Assembly: GCF_000181795.1 (NCBI RefSeq)
Contig: NW_003526943.1
Span: 5,883,806-5,947,805 of the forward strand
Origin: Trichinella spiralis
Taxonomy: Eukaryota
Direction of reading: 5' to 3'
Length of the DNA: 64,000 nucleotides
Positions 30,653-43,693 of this stretch are shown one piece after another; the first letter of the stretch is position 1, and each line of letters begins with the position of its first letter. The notes beneath the pieces are model-generated. The model ran no database searches. It was not told where the DNA came from and saw only the letters and a program-made list of their open reading frames with translations. The position numbers and the translations under genes were made by a program.

Positions 30653-30961
30653 TAAAAAATGAAATATTTATTATTCCAAAATTTTATTGTCTGTTTGAAG
30701 TTTTGTCATTCATTGACATTTTGTTTATTTAAATATATTATTTGTGGTGAAGTTTATACTTTTTTATGATCAGCATTCCCGAAAATAATTTTTATCATTA
30801 TTCTCTATTTTATTGTACCAAAGCGACGTTATATCAAATGCGATAGTAATAATTCAGAAAAAAACAATACAAAAAATAAGTTAAATAGTGATTTTTATTT
30901 TTCACTACCCAACAGCAACAACAACAATAATAAACAACACATCAGTGAACGACATTAACAA

Positions 30962-31515
30962 AGTGTTATCAGGGTGATTTCAAAATTACAAATTATTGTT
31001 TGTGGATAAAGATTGACGCTAAGGACAGCCGCTTTGTTTATTGAAGCTTGAAAGATAAACTCTTATTTGCCAATATCTTTAACCGTACATAGCAACAGAC
31101 TACTGGCACCAGCTTACTCGCCACAATGGCATGGATGGTAAAATGCTATTCATATCATTGAAGTACAAACATGAATGTACCATCCGTACCTCAAGTTTTT
31201 ACGGTTGCCATCAGTCTATATAGGCCAGGTGCTCATCTACCCGGCAGGTTTCAACGTGATCTTTTCGATCGATCCCAGCCGGAACTTCTAAATCTGTCCA
31301 CACTGCACCCCCACAGCCTTCCTTATTCTATACCAAAATAAAGTAATTGCTAATAACTAGGAACACATGCTGCACATTAGCGCATACTTTTGAACATCTC
31401 TAATATTTCTGTTTGCCGGCACGTTTTAATTTATATATCCTGCCTACCATACCATCGAATTGGACCAAATTGCGCAACGATTTGGTACAAGATGTAACTC
31501 AGCGACATCAACCAT
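30962..31515 (-). mobile_element. Degenerate FLYWCH + MULE (Mutator-like) transposase pseudogene with an internal deletion
   Basis: Minus-strand pieces: MVDVAELHLVPNRC.., GRIYKLKRAGKQKY*RCSK | (GT-AG intron 31387-31328) NKEGCGGAVWTDLEV...DRKDHVETCRVDEHLAY (FLYWCH-like). Then GTDGTFMFVLQ*YE*HFTIHAIVASKLVPVV (MULE DGTF motif) and FIFQA.INKAAVLSVNLYPQTIICNFE (decayed CDFE). Multiple stops and frameshifts. Confidence 0.85.
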
Positions 31516-32760
31516 AACAAGGAACAGAGTAGAAAATGATTCGAATAGCTCTGGAACGCAAAGCACTGAACGCAAACAACACAAAAAACGAAAATAAATT
31601 GGACAGTTTTGAATTTCATTTTAAATAACCATTTTACATCAATATTTAGTTTTCATTTTATATTTTATCTACAATCGAAGATCAACTTCTGATATTCCTT
31701 GTGGCACTAATGCTTTTTGTTGATACTGACAGAATAAAATTAATCACACACAAATAGCGCACGAATGCTAACATCGAAGAACGTGATGTCCACTGCAGAG
31801 TGAATTTGAAGCAGCTTTAACTGCTATTCTGCTTCGTGCTGTCCATCGCTTCCTTTCTACTTTCAAAGTGTTTTACTTTTATTTATTTCAGTTCATCAGA
31901 TAAATTACGTTTCAGCTAGCAATTAAATGAAATTTATGCATTAAATGCTTTTCCATTTGTCAGAAAATTTTCTGATGAGTAGCTAAAGGCGATTGTAATA
32001 CAATGGAAAAATCAACAAGTGATGAATTGTCCACAGCTGCAGTTGTCAGCTTAAACTAGGCATGGCAACTGCTAATTTGTTAGCATCGAATTACATTTTT
32101 GATTCCCGTCTGACTGTTCTATGAAAATCTTTCTTGTTAGCAATCAAAGAATTTTACTTTTAACTTCACAAAGTTTTGACTTCTTTCAACAGTGTTATTG
32201 TTTTCCTTCGTATATTTTATTTAAATAAAAAATTAAAAATTTGCAATATTATTTACAAATCAAAAAATAAATTTATTTATATATTTGGTGTAAATTGTAC
32301 TTTCTATTTCAACATCTGAACGAAACCGAGTAGTGCGTTGGTGAACACTTAAATTGCTATCTGTTTTCATTTCCATTTGCAACCTTTTAATGTATATTTT
32401 AATTATAACGAAATATTTAAACATTCCGCATCAAAAGCAGCGTCTATGTTGTAGCTGATCTGTTTGATGTTGCATTTCAAATTACATTTGAACTTGGTTA
32501 TAAGTATGGAATGTCGAAAATTTCGAATTTCGAAAGAATTTCCATGCACTTATCCATTATTTTACCGTTTAATTAAATAAAGGGAATTTTTTTCCGCCAA
32601 AATCTTATGCACTTAATGTAGTTCGACTGTATTTTATATGAAATGTATGAACGTTAAACAGAATTTTTCGTACAAACAGCAAACTAATCGACATGTATAA
32701 AAATATATATGGATGTTTGTTTCATAATGATAGGACACTTTGGTCAATATTAACGTTACA

Positions 32761-32943
32761 NNNNNNNNNNNNNNNNNNNNNNNNNNNNNNNNNNNNNNNN
32801 NNNNNNNNNNNNNNNNNNNNNNNNNNNNNNNNNNNNNNNNNNNNNNNNNNNNNNNNNNNNNNNNNNNNNNNNNNNNNNNNNNNNNNNNNNNNNNNNNNNN
32901 NNNNNNNNNNNNNNNNNNNNNNNNNNNNNNNNNNNNNNNNNNN
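32761..32943. other. Assembly gap (183 N)
   Basis: Run of N. Confidence 1.
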
Positions 32944-32960
32944 TTGTTGCAAAAGCAATG

Positions 32961-35900
32961 CTAGATAACGAGTACAGCATGATCTGTCGCTCGAAGAGTA
33001 ATTCTATAAACAGCTTGAATTTCTCGATCCAATGGTGCTGAAAGTGTAAGTTTGCCCGTATAAGGGTCAAGAGAGAATGTGTTGTTCTCATTGCCAGAAG
33101 CAATTTCGAATTTCACCATGCTGTTCATATTCATATCTTCATCCCGTGCGCTGACTCTTAGAACTTCTGATCCGATATCTTTGTTTTCTAGTAACGAAGC
33201 ACTATACATATCTAACGTAAACTGCGGTCGATGATCATTTTCATCCATAACCGTAATGAAAACAGAGCACCGTGTTGATAGTGGATGAACTTCAGCTAAA
33301 TCATATGCTTCTATTTGAAGTTCTATCGTAGATTTCTTGTTTATTTTATAAATTTCTTCTCTATCAAACTGGACCAAAGTTCTTAAAATCCCAGTTTCTG
33401 AGTCCAAAACAAAACGGTCTTCTTCTGGATTAGCAAGTCTGAAGCGGACAATACCATTTAATTTTGAATCTGGATCATCAGCTTCAACTGTGCCAACATA
33501 ACTCAGTGGTGGCAAATTTTCAGCAATTTCAAATTGAAATATCTCTTTCAAACATGTAGGTGAATTATCGTTTACGTCAGTGATGAAAAATTCAGCTTCG
33601 ATTAAAGACTTCACTTTGCCATTTTGAATTGAAATGGAAAGCTTTTCATAGTTGGTGGTTTCAAAATCTAACGCATTTTTTACATAAATCCAACCATCTG
33701 GAAATACACCAAACAAGTCATCAGGTGTTGGATCCACAATATAATATTGGTGTAGATATTGTCCAAAACCAATTTTTGACACCATTTCATTTACAGCTTT
33801 ATCTTCAGGAATAATGAATTGCAAAGTTTGATTTTGAAATGATTCCAAAATGTTGTTGTCGTGCTTCACTAAAACAGTAATCTTGGTAGAATCATTCCTT
33901 GATGGCATGCCGTTGTCATTAGCGTGGACTGAGAATTCATACTGTCCCTGATTGACTAAATGGCCAGGTCGAGTCAATGTGACTAATCCACTATCAGAAT
34001 CCACACTTAAAAATGCATGTCTTAGATCTGAAACTATATAATAGTTAATTTTTCCGTTCATTCCAGAATCTGCATCTTCAGCTCGAGTATGCAAAATTGG
34101 AAAACCAACAGGCGTGTGATCAGTGATTTCAACAATATTTGCATTATTTAAAAATTTAGGGTCATTATCGTTGACATCTTCTAAATTAACTGAAACAAGA
34201 ACTGAAGTGACAGCCTGCTGACCATAAGCAAGCACTTTGAGTTGGTGCGTCCGTTGCTCTTCAAAGTCTAGTGTTCTTGTAGAACGAATTTCTCCAGAAT
34301 ATGGTCCAATTTCGAATAAGGACATATAATTTCCATCAACAATTTCATAATGTAATTGTGAGCCAGAATCAAAATCAGTCGCACTGACTGATCCAATGGG
34401 TCTAGCTAAATGTGGACCATTTCCAAAATCCTCTTGGACGACAAATTCATATTTTGGTTGTGTAAATTTAGGGGTAGCATACAGTGAGTCTATGAAATTC
34501 ACCTGCACAGTAGCGTTATTCACAGAAGTTTTACCATCTGCATCTTTAGCTTTCACAACAATATTGATACTGTTTCGACCAAGAGGAATTTTCTTTAGAA
34601 CTATCTTCCCGAGATTCACATCAAGATCAAATATACCCACCGGACTGTCTTCAAAGTAATACGTCACCAATCCATTAGAACCTTCATCAAGGTCTCGAGC
34701 TTTTACTGTTGCCACTGCACTACCAACAGCAGAAGATTTCAATATATTAACGGCATATTTCGTGGGATAGAATTTAGGAAGTTCGTCATTTACATCTAAT
34801 ACACGAATTCTGACGGTGGCGAAAGTTTGTCTTTGTGGCAAACCTTGGTCTGTTGCAATAATGTCCAGTGAGTACTCGGCTTGAATTTCACGATTTAAAG
34901 TTTTCATCAGAATCAAATCACCAGTTGTTTCATTTAACTGAAAATTTTCTGTAAATGCAATCAGTTGTACCTTAACTACAGCATTCATGCCTGAATCTTT
35001 GTCTGTAGTGCGTATGGTAGTTATGTGAGTTCCAATGCTAGCATCTTCTGGTACGGATGCTTCTAGAGAGTCGGGCAAAAATTCAGGCGAGTTGTCATTC
35101 ACATCCATGAGTTGAATATAAACTTTTGTTGTGGAAAAGTCTTCAGTAAGTGCAGCGCTTTTGGCAGAGATTATGAGAATATGCTCAGACTGAAACTCAT
35201 AATCAAGCTCTGCTGCGGTAGTAATAAGACCAGTTTTTTCAGTTATATGAAACCATCCAAATTCATTTCCAGATAAAATAGAGTAGAAAATGGGCTTATT
35301 TTCCAAATGCGCTTGTAAGGCAATGACTTTAGAACCAACTGGTAAATCTTCAGCTAAGCTAACCTTATAATGTTGCTTTTGAAAATTAGGTGACATACGT
35401 CGACTACCTTTCACAAAAATCTGCAACATTTTGTAAGTAACCTTAGGCTTCAAGCCTAGATCTTGTGCTTTCAAAGTAAGGTTGTACCAGTGATGTTCAC
35501 GGTGGTTCAGTGATGCATTGGTTCGTAGAAGACTAAATCCGAGACTGTTGTCTAGACGAAAATGCCCAAGCTCATTTCCACTGGTAATGTTCAATGTTGT
35601 TTTTCCATTAATTCCGCTGTCTTTGTCTGTAACTGAAATGAGCGCTATCACAGAACCAACAGGGTTTTGGTTATTCACAATTGCATAACCACCAACATTA
35701 TTGGTATAAAATCGAATTTGGATTTCAGGTGGGTGATCATTCGTATTTACAACTTGAATTCGAACGAAAGCGCGAGCTCTCTGAGAAGGTAAGCCGTGAT
35801 CAGTTGCTTCGACTGTCAAAATGCACTCGCCCACGCATTCTCCACTGGTCTTGCAATAATGCTTATTGCAGTGAAGCGGTTTAGTAGTTTCAATTAAGCC

Positions 35901-37552
35901 AGTTTCTGAATTGATTGAAAAAGATTCTTCTTCATTGTCGATAAGTGAATAACTGAGACGTGAGTTTTCACCTAAATCTAAATCAGTTGCTTGTATTTGA
36001 AAAATCGGCTTTCCAACAGGCAAACTTTCATTCACTATCACTAAATATTCCGTTTCGTTGAACACAGGCGGATTATCATTAGAGTCGAGTACATTCAAGA
36101 AAACTGTTGTGTAGCCAGTCAACGGCGGGACACCACCATCGGTAGCGGAAATGTTCAAAATGTACAGATCTTTCTTTTCTCTGTCTAATGGATTTTTCAA
36201 AGTTAATAACAAAACTGAACCTTCATTTTGGCTGAGCAGTTGGCAACATTCGGCATCTGAGCCGATCAGCGTGTAATTCACAATTTTCCCATTTATTCCA
36301 GCATCTCGATCATTTGCACCGATTAAAACTATTTGAGTACCAATTTTAGCGCTTTCTGGAAGCGAAACATTTTGGTATGGGAGTGGAAACTTTGGAGCAT
36401 TGTCGTTTACATCAAGCACATTAATTGTGACAGTGATAAAATATGCAGGCACTCCTTTACTTACGATCACCAAATCTATAGTATCCGAGTCACCATCGAG
36501 CAGATTTTCACGATCAATTTGCTCAGCAGTAATAATTTCTCCTGTATCAGTGTTGAAGTGGAAATGCACATTTGGTTCGCTTAACCGGTACTGATAACCA
36601 TCTAGCTTTGTAATCGAACCAACAACTGTGTTTTTTGGCACGCCTAAATATTTATTTTCAAATTAAAGTATATACATAAAAATGGCCCTAAGTTTTGCTT
36701 AAAACTGCAAAAACTTAAACCAAAATGAACATTATTGTCAAAATGTATTAGCTGTTTGAATACTTCGAACAATATTTCATTAAGAAAAACTGGAAATTTA
36801 AGCACATATTACATTTTATTTAAAAATATAAAAAAACCGATGCAAATTCATTTCAAAATTAGTAAAAATATTTGATGCAACTTCAATGTATTTTATGTAC
36901 ATGTGAAGACAATTCTTTTACAAAACTTCAACACTCAATTACTTAAGAGAATTTTTGTACATTTTAGAGTGCATAAAATAAATTTGTGCAATTAGCCAAC
37001 ATTTTGTATGTAAATAACCATCATGAGGCTACCACAATGTCAGACAGAGAGAAAAATCAATTTCAACAGCAAAACAGTTCAAGGACAGTAATGAAACACC
37101 TGGTTACTCATCAAGCACTATTAAACTTTTTCAATAGAAAAAATTATTAAAATTGTATCAAGTAAAAAAGATTATCTATCAAAATTATTGCAGTTATTTT
37201 GCATTAGGTTGGTGAGGACGTCATTTTTAGCATATAAATTTACAAATATAGCATAACTTTTCAACGTCACCTTATTATACTGCATCATGAATGATAATAA
37301 ACTTAAAGTTCTGAATGAAAAAGAAAACCTACTGCAATAGGTGATAAAATTTACAAGCAATTGTTTAAAATCTTATAAATGCAATTACTGAATAGGTAAT
37401 GGAAAAAAAACGTTTCATACTGACTAACCTTCAGTAACATTGAGCTGTATGCGCTCTTCTAGAGAAGATGATGCGGATAAAGTGAGATAGAGAAAACTGC
37501 TTGCACCAAGAAGCAGTGGGAAGAAGATTGTAGCGGGGCAGTGTCCATTCAT
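32961..37552 (-). CDS. ds: Dachsous-like protocadherin, N-terminal part only (signal peptide plus about 12 cadherin repeats)
   Basis: Exon 1 (37552-37429) encodes signal peptide MNGHCPATIFFPLLLGASSFLYLTLSASS.. and splices in phase 1 to a ~3.68-kb exon starting at 36643. That exon has repeated DRE / DxNDNxP / AxDxD motifs. The Cys insertion in repeat 3 followed by TNDHPPEIQIRF and ITSGNELGHFRL is characteristic of Dachsous. No TM segment before the gap. Confidence 0.9.
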
Positions 37553-39781
37553 CTGTATTCATAGAAAAGAAGAGTGCCTAAATCAAACCATTCGGCTTTT
37601 TGTGTCGCTTAAATGTTTGAATGGAAAATCAACTGGCAACCAAGCAACGTCTGCTTTGATTTTTCGATTTCGAAATAAGCGCCAGTCCGTCACACCAGCC
37701 GACGCCAATCGCGCCAGCTTTTATTGAACAACTGCTGTTCTCCAGCTTTGATTGGACTCCTCTTGGGGATTATTATTTGCCTTTGTTGTGCTAAAGGTCA
37801 CGTCAGCCATTTGCACGACAACCGTAAATAGCAACCAAACACCTGAAGCGACCTCTGCTGGACGGAAAGATCCCCCACAACGATTTTCCACCTTCATCAT
37901 CTTCAGTAAAATAATATTTATCTATAATAATATTAAGTGTAGTCATTTTTTTAATATTCCTATTTTCATGAAGATGGGAAAAAGGAGATTGAATGAAAAA
38001 GAAAATAATTAGGACTTGTTTGAAAATTAATGAACATATGGATAGCAAACAATTGACACTAATGCTAATCTTATGCTGCAAATATATATTTTTTCATTTT
38101 TATAATCATACTCATCGTAAAAATAATTTAATAAATTAAAACATTTTTATTGAAACTTTATGTATCATTTTATAAATCACAAGAAAAATTGACACATTTT
38201 TAAAAGTTATGTTGTAATAAGAGATATTTATTGTCTAATGCAAATAAAAATATTTTACAATATTTACAATCAGAAATAGTGCACTTTCCGCCGTGTTTTA
38301 AGAAAAGTTATTCGTTGCTTACAGTGGCATAGAACATCAGCAGGGTTAATTACTGCTTTAGCATACTTTTTAGCTTTCAGTGCTGAGGGATTTAAACATC
38401 AATCAATGAATGAGTAAAGGTTTATTTTTGAACTGTAACAATTGTGACAAAACAATAACAGCAAAAGATAATGTGCCTGCCCTCGGTCTATTTTTGTATC
38501 AAAAGCCTTGCTTTCATGCATGAAAAGCTATTTTTAGGTTTTACTATTCAAATTTCAATCTGACAAGTATTTCCTGAAATTGCTATGGAATTTCATTAAA
38601 GCACATGCATTGCTTTTTCCAAGCAGTTAATTTCTTTCAATATGTTGGTTTTCAAATCTTTTAAGCACAGTTGACTCTTGAATCATAACTTAGAAGATTT
38701 TTTATCATCTGCTGTTGCATTGGAAGAAAAATATTTTATTATCTATTACAATGATAAAAAAAAGAGCGTCAAAAGAGTCTTGCAAAAATTTAAGCATACA
38801 ACTATTGTCTATTAAATTTCATTTTGAAAACACCATTCCATTATTAAAATTGCCTTTCCAAACGCTGATGCACTTTAAACAAGCGCCTAAATGCTGACCG
38901 ATTGATACTGTAAATTTTCAAGAAAATTCGAATATTGGATACGACCAAAAAGCTTCCTCACGAAATTATTTTATTGAAACTAATCATATGTTCATTCCAA
39001 ATATTGATAAGTAATATATTACGGAGGAAATTTAGAAGTTTTGTAAAAATTTGCATGAATTTTGTAAAATTAATCTTCTAATGAATTAATTATACACATT
39101 TAATGCCACAATAGTTTTAGAATTTTATAAATGAAAATTTCTGTAGAAATTTCAACGTTTCATTTCTCAGACAATACAATAAATTTTACGTCGAAAGCAC
39201 ACTTAAAAAATAAAAACTATGACCTTCCGTTAAAATATATAAAGCGCAGGTAAACAACAAAGTTAAATATAAGTAGAGCTATTCAGAATTCAAACAGTTA
39301 TCATTAATTAATACTGGAATGATATATTTACCGGCAATAACAATATTTGACGTATATTTATCATGAAGTTGTTGAATAATTTATAATTGCACACACACAC
39401 TGATATACGTGGTAATTATTATAAACAGAATAATTTTTATTAAAACATATAAACTTGCGTTTTAATCAAGTACGCTTTTAAGACATAAAAAATAATAGAT
39501 GAACGTGAATGGCATAAAAAGTAACTTGAATTTCTTATTCTTTTGTTTTATACTGTAAAACATTGAAGGAATTCAATTCCAAAAAGTATTTCTTACTAGT
39601 TGTTTAATGTTAATGAATTTTATTATTTTAATAATTTATTTTGTATAATTTATGAAAAGAAAGTTTTTCATGACAGGTACAGTTATTGTTCTTGCATATT
39701 TTAAATTGTCGTTTGATTTGAAGGTTGACGAGCGCCAAGCATCGACGTTGTGATAGGAAATTCAAATATCAGGCTACACCG

Positions 39782-42552
39782 ATGGCGGATTCTCAAGATG
39801 ATTTATCGACAACTGCAGAAGAATGTTCACCTGTGAATCAAAATTGCATCTTGATGAGAACAGCCCAACGACTGGAGGTATTTGAAAAAAAATTTTGAAA
39901 AAAAGATTTTCTTGTCTAAATGTTGGTTGATAAAAATAATAAAACAATGGTTGTGACAAAATTTTTTGAAATTTGAAAAGCCCAATTTTAGGAATTTTAC
40001 AGAAGAGGGTTGATGTGCGATGTTTGCTTAATTACTGGTCACAAGCGAATTCAGGCTCATCGAGTGGTTTTGGCCGCTGCTTCGGACTATTTTCACGCCT
40101 TGTTTACGACCAACATGAAGGAAAGTTTATCCGACGAAGTGCACATCGGTAGTATTGATCCGGATATTCTCGAAGCAATAATCACTTACTGTTATTCTGG
40201 TGGGTATGGATTTTGTATAAAGGGGAAACGTGAACATTTAAAATTTTCAGGTGTTATTGAAGTGAATGAAATGAACGTGGAAAATCTGTTCCAAGGGGCT
40301 AGCATGCTTCAGGTACCGTCAGTTGTTGATCGTTGCAGCGAATTGCTGATAGAAAAGCTCCATCCTTCCAATTGTATTGGCATTCGCTCTTTTGCTGATA
40401 GAAATGGGTGTGACGTGCTGATGGATGCTGCTGAGAAATTTGTCTATGTAAGCAAGTGAAAATAGGTTCGGAAATTTGTCAGTTTAGAAATTATTTTAAA
40501 AATATTTCACGATTCAGTATATATGTATATTTTTTTGAAAAGTATGTTTCATTCAAAAAATAGTATTTCGTTCAGCAAACAGTGATAACATGAAATATGT
40601 TTCAAAAGGGTAGTTCATCGGGGGAAGTTTATATAATGTTTTCAATGAAGGATCGTTTGTATGCAACTTATTTCAGTGAACGTCATGTAAAGTGATATTC
40701 AAGTTCTATTTGAAATAATCTAGTTTGTGGTTTATTTTAGTTTGAATTGATTAATATTATATGAAACAGAATTATAGCTGAAACAAGGATAATTTCTTTT
40801 TCCTTTTTAAAAATGAATTGAAAATAATAGTGAAAAATTGTTTTTTTTTGAGAAATTCAAAGTATATTATGTATTATTTTGAGAGAATTTTCAATTATGC
40901 GAGTTGAAATTGTAGCAAAACTTTGTCGAAGTGATCAAGCACGATGAATATCTGCTTCTCAATGTTGCCGAGGTGATTGAATTGTTGTCCAGTGATTTTT
41001 TGAACGTTCCAAACGAGGGTATAATATATGAGGCGCTGATGTTGTGGATAATGCATTCGAAGGAGGAACGTGTGGAACATTTGGAGCGTTTGTTCGACGT
41101 GCTTAGAATAGCCGTACTGCCGCCCAAGTATATCGTTGAGCAGATCAAAACGAATCCGTTGATAATGAACAGTTTGGTTTGTTGCAAGCAAATTGTCGAC
41201 GCTTTGGAATTCCACCTTTGCCCAAGTGCTCGGAGCATGTTCGAACTGGGCATTCGTTGCAGAGCTCGAAAATCCACACTGGGCAGTGTGATCTGTTTCG
41301 GTGGCACCGACGCTACGAAAAGTGAATAATGTATTTATTAATGTTTAATGGGACAATTGATTTGTTTATTTGTAGAAGCTTTGATCAGTGAACAGTATGA
41401 TTTTGTCAATGACCGGTGGAATCCGGTCGTTTATGCCAGCAAGAGGGTACAGTTTGGTGTGGCGTTGTTTGGTGATCGTATATTTTTTATCGGCGGTCGT
41501 GAGGGCTTGAAAACCCTTTCCGTTGTTGATGTGTGGGATTACAAACGTGACAAAAATGTCTGTTTAACCAGAATTCCGTCCATGAATACACCGCGGCATG
41601 CTCTCGGTGAGTTTTATTGAATATTAAATTTATATTTTTTTTAATATTAAATTGAATTATTTTTTCTAGGCGTAGCAGTGATGGATGACATGATTTTTGC
41701 AATCGGGGGTCATGACGGTTGGACATGCTTGTCGTCGGCAGAACGGTTTGACGGGAAAGAGTGGGTTAAAATTGCCGACATGTCTACAGCTCGAAGTTCC
41801 TTCGGCATTGCAGTGTTGAACGGAAAGTGAATAGGGCAGAAAAATTATATATTATTCATTTTGAGCAACTGTAAATTTTATTTTTTCTCCTTCATGCAGA
41901 ATATACGCCGTTGGTGGACGAGGTGCTGGCAACTGTCACAGTTCCGTGGAATGCTACCATCCGTTGAGAAATTGTTGGTATCCTTGTGCAGATATGTCCC
42001 ATCCGCGTGGTAATGTCGCCGTTGGCGTTTTGAATGGTTTCTTGTACGCTGTAGGCGGTGTGAGCAGCGTTATTAGCAAGCTTGCAATTCGATACACTGC
42101 TGTTGAACGGTATGTGAATTTGATTGGCTTTTCCTCTATAATGTCATGCAAAATTGTATATTTCAATTTTGGCGACTCTTTTCTCAATTGCATATAATTA
42201 GTACAAGTGAAAATTTTTTTAAAGATATAATCCAGAAACGGATGAGTGGATTTACGTTGCTCATCTGTCCTCTGCTCGAGATGGAATAGCAGTCTGTACT
42301 GTTGGATGCTTTCTATTGGCTATTGGTGGCTATTCAGATAAACAGTACGAAAATTGCGTCGAATATTACGACGAAATTTCTTGCCGTTGGCATAAAGTAA
42401 TTTTTTGTTTTATATAAATTATCATGTTTTATGAGATATGAGAATGTATATAAATGAGGACGATGGATTTCTAATTTCAGATTGCACCGCTGAAGTACGC
42501 TCGAGCAGGGGCTTCTGCGGTGGTATTTCCCAACGTTACAGTTTATCCATGA
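39782..42552 (+). CDS. BTB-BACK-Kelch protein, KLHL1/4/5 (kel-8-like) subfamily, multi-exon
   Basis: CDVCL...AHRVVLAAASDYF (BTB), LHPSNCIGIRSFAD, a BACK domain, and kelch repeats RVQFGVA..IGGREGLKTL, AIGGHDGWTCLSSAERFD, YAVGG. Stop TGA at 42550-42552. Confidence 0.93.
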
Positions 42553-42739
42553 TTGTTGGTGTAAATTTTGTTTCTGACAACTGTATGAAACTGATCATCA
42601 AAAAAAGTATTGTGATCAAAGTGAAATTAAAATTACTGAAACAATATTCCTTTTGTGTTCACAGAAAAAAGACATGCTTCTAGATACACTTTAATTGGAA
42701 AATATGGCAACAAAAGCAAATTCACACATGACATCAATA

Positions 42740-43693
42740 TCAATTTCCAATCTTCACTTTCCTTTTCTTCTTACTGTTATAAGTCTTCTTTTTCTTCAAT
42801 TCGTATGTTTTGCTTTTTTTATTTTCCTGTTTTTTACGATGATTTTTTTCTATACGAACGGTGCCAGAATTGCTTTGCTCATCGATGCTTTGTTCAAACA
42901 TCATTTCGTTTGGTTCTTTAACTTTGACAGTTTTCTTTTTATCTGTTAATTTTTTGTTTAAATTAGGTTTCAATTTTCTCTTTTGATAATCCAACAGTTT
43001 TTCTCGAATCTGTGAAAAAAACATTAACTTATATAAATATGAAAACACAAATGTATTCAATAAGCATAAAATTGAAAATAACCGTAATAAAAATAAAAAT
43101 TAATAATAATGCAATCAGAAATTAACGTATTCTTGTGCATTATACTTTTGTCATGTGATCGTCAGGCTTGACCATTTCGGCAAAGTAGTCGCTTGGACGA
43201 AACGCTAAACTGGGCTCATTATCAATCATAGAAAACGCACTTTTAACACTTTCCTTGGCCTGATTATAGCTAAAATACAAGCATCAAAAAACCAAAATAG
43301 CATCAATTTAACTGAAATTACAAATTCATTTCAAGTTGGAAATCATTTGATTTTGCAGCATCATCAGCAGCCTTACTGCGACTAACTGTAACGTTCATGC
43401 GTTCAATCCAAGGTAAATTTTTATTTAACTCTTCAAGCTTCTTTTTGAGGCCATTCTAAAACTAAACAGAATTAAAATAAGCAACAACATTTCATGCTAT
43501 ACCTTGTTGTTTACTGCACTTGATTTCGGTACAGTTATGTTCAATCCAGGCTTTAAATAGCCTTGTTGAAGTGCCACTTGAAGCTAAATTTCAAAATGAA
43601 AAACTATTTAAAAATGCAAAGTAAAATTACTTCAGTGTCAGAATCTTCATCAGAAGATTCAAGCTCATTATTTCTTATCACACTGCCATCCAT
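42740..43693 (-). CDS. EBNA1BP2: rRNA-processing protein EBP2 (EBNA1BP2), 5 exons
   Basis: Spliced: ..SDEDSDTE|LQVALQQGYLKPGLN..VNNK|NGLKKKLEEL..LPWIERMNVT...NDFQLEMNF|YNQA...FRPSDYFAEMVKPDDHMTK|IREKLL, then a Lys-rich tail. RPxDYFAEMxK is the EBP2 signature. Confidence 0.92.

Noticed and set aside
31210..31327. CGG..TGA segment considered as a selenoprotein M/Sep15-like exon
   Set aside because: The TGA is far from the Cys, no SECIS is apparent, and the peptide is explained by the FLYWCH domain.
31431..31619. 62-aa minus-strand ORF with a signal-peptide-like start (MKFKTVQFIF...)
   Set aside because: It overlaps the decayed FLYWCH-MULE transposase in other frames, and no splice extends it without a stop.
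32693..33103. ORFs containing long X runs
   Set aside because: Artefacts of translating through the N gap.
37752..38012. 86-aa ORF with a hydrophobic start upstream of dachsous
   Set aside because: Non-ATG start and it runs into AT-rich sequence. The region is more likely the dachsous promoter/5' UTR (CCAAT-like words near 37705 and 37751).
41979..41986. GTATCCTT, a U12-type donor look-alike in the kelch gene
   Set aside because: It lies inside a continuous kelch repeat (CWYPCADM), so it is coding.
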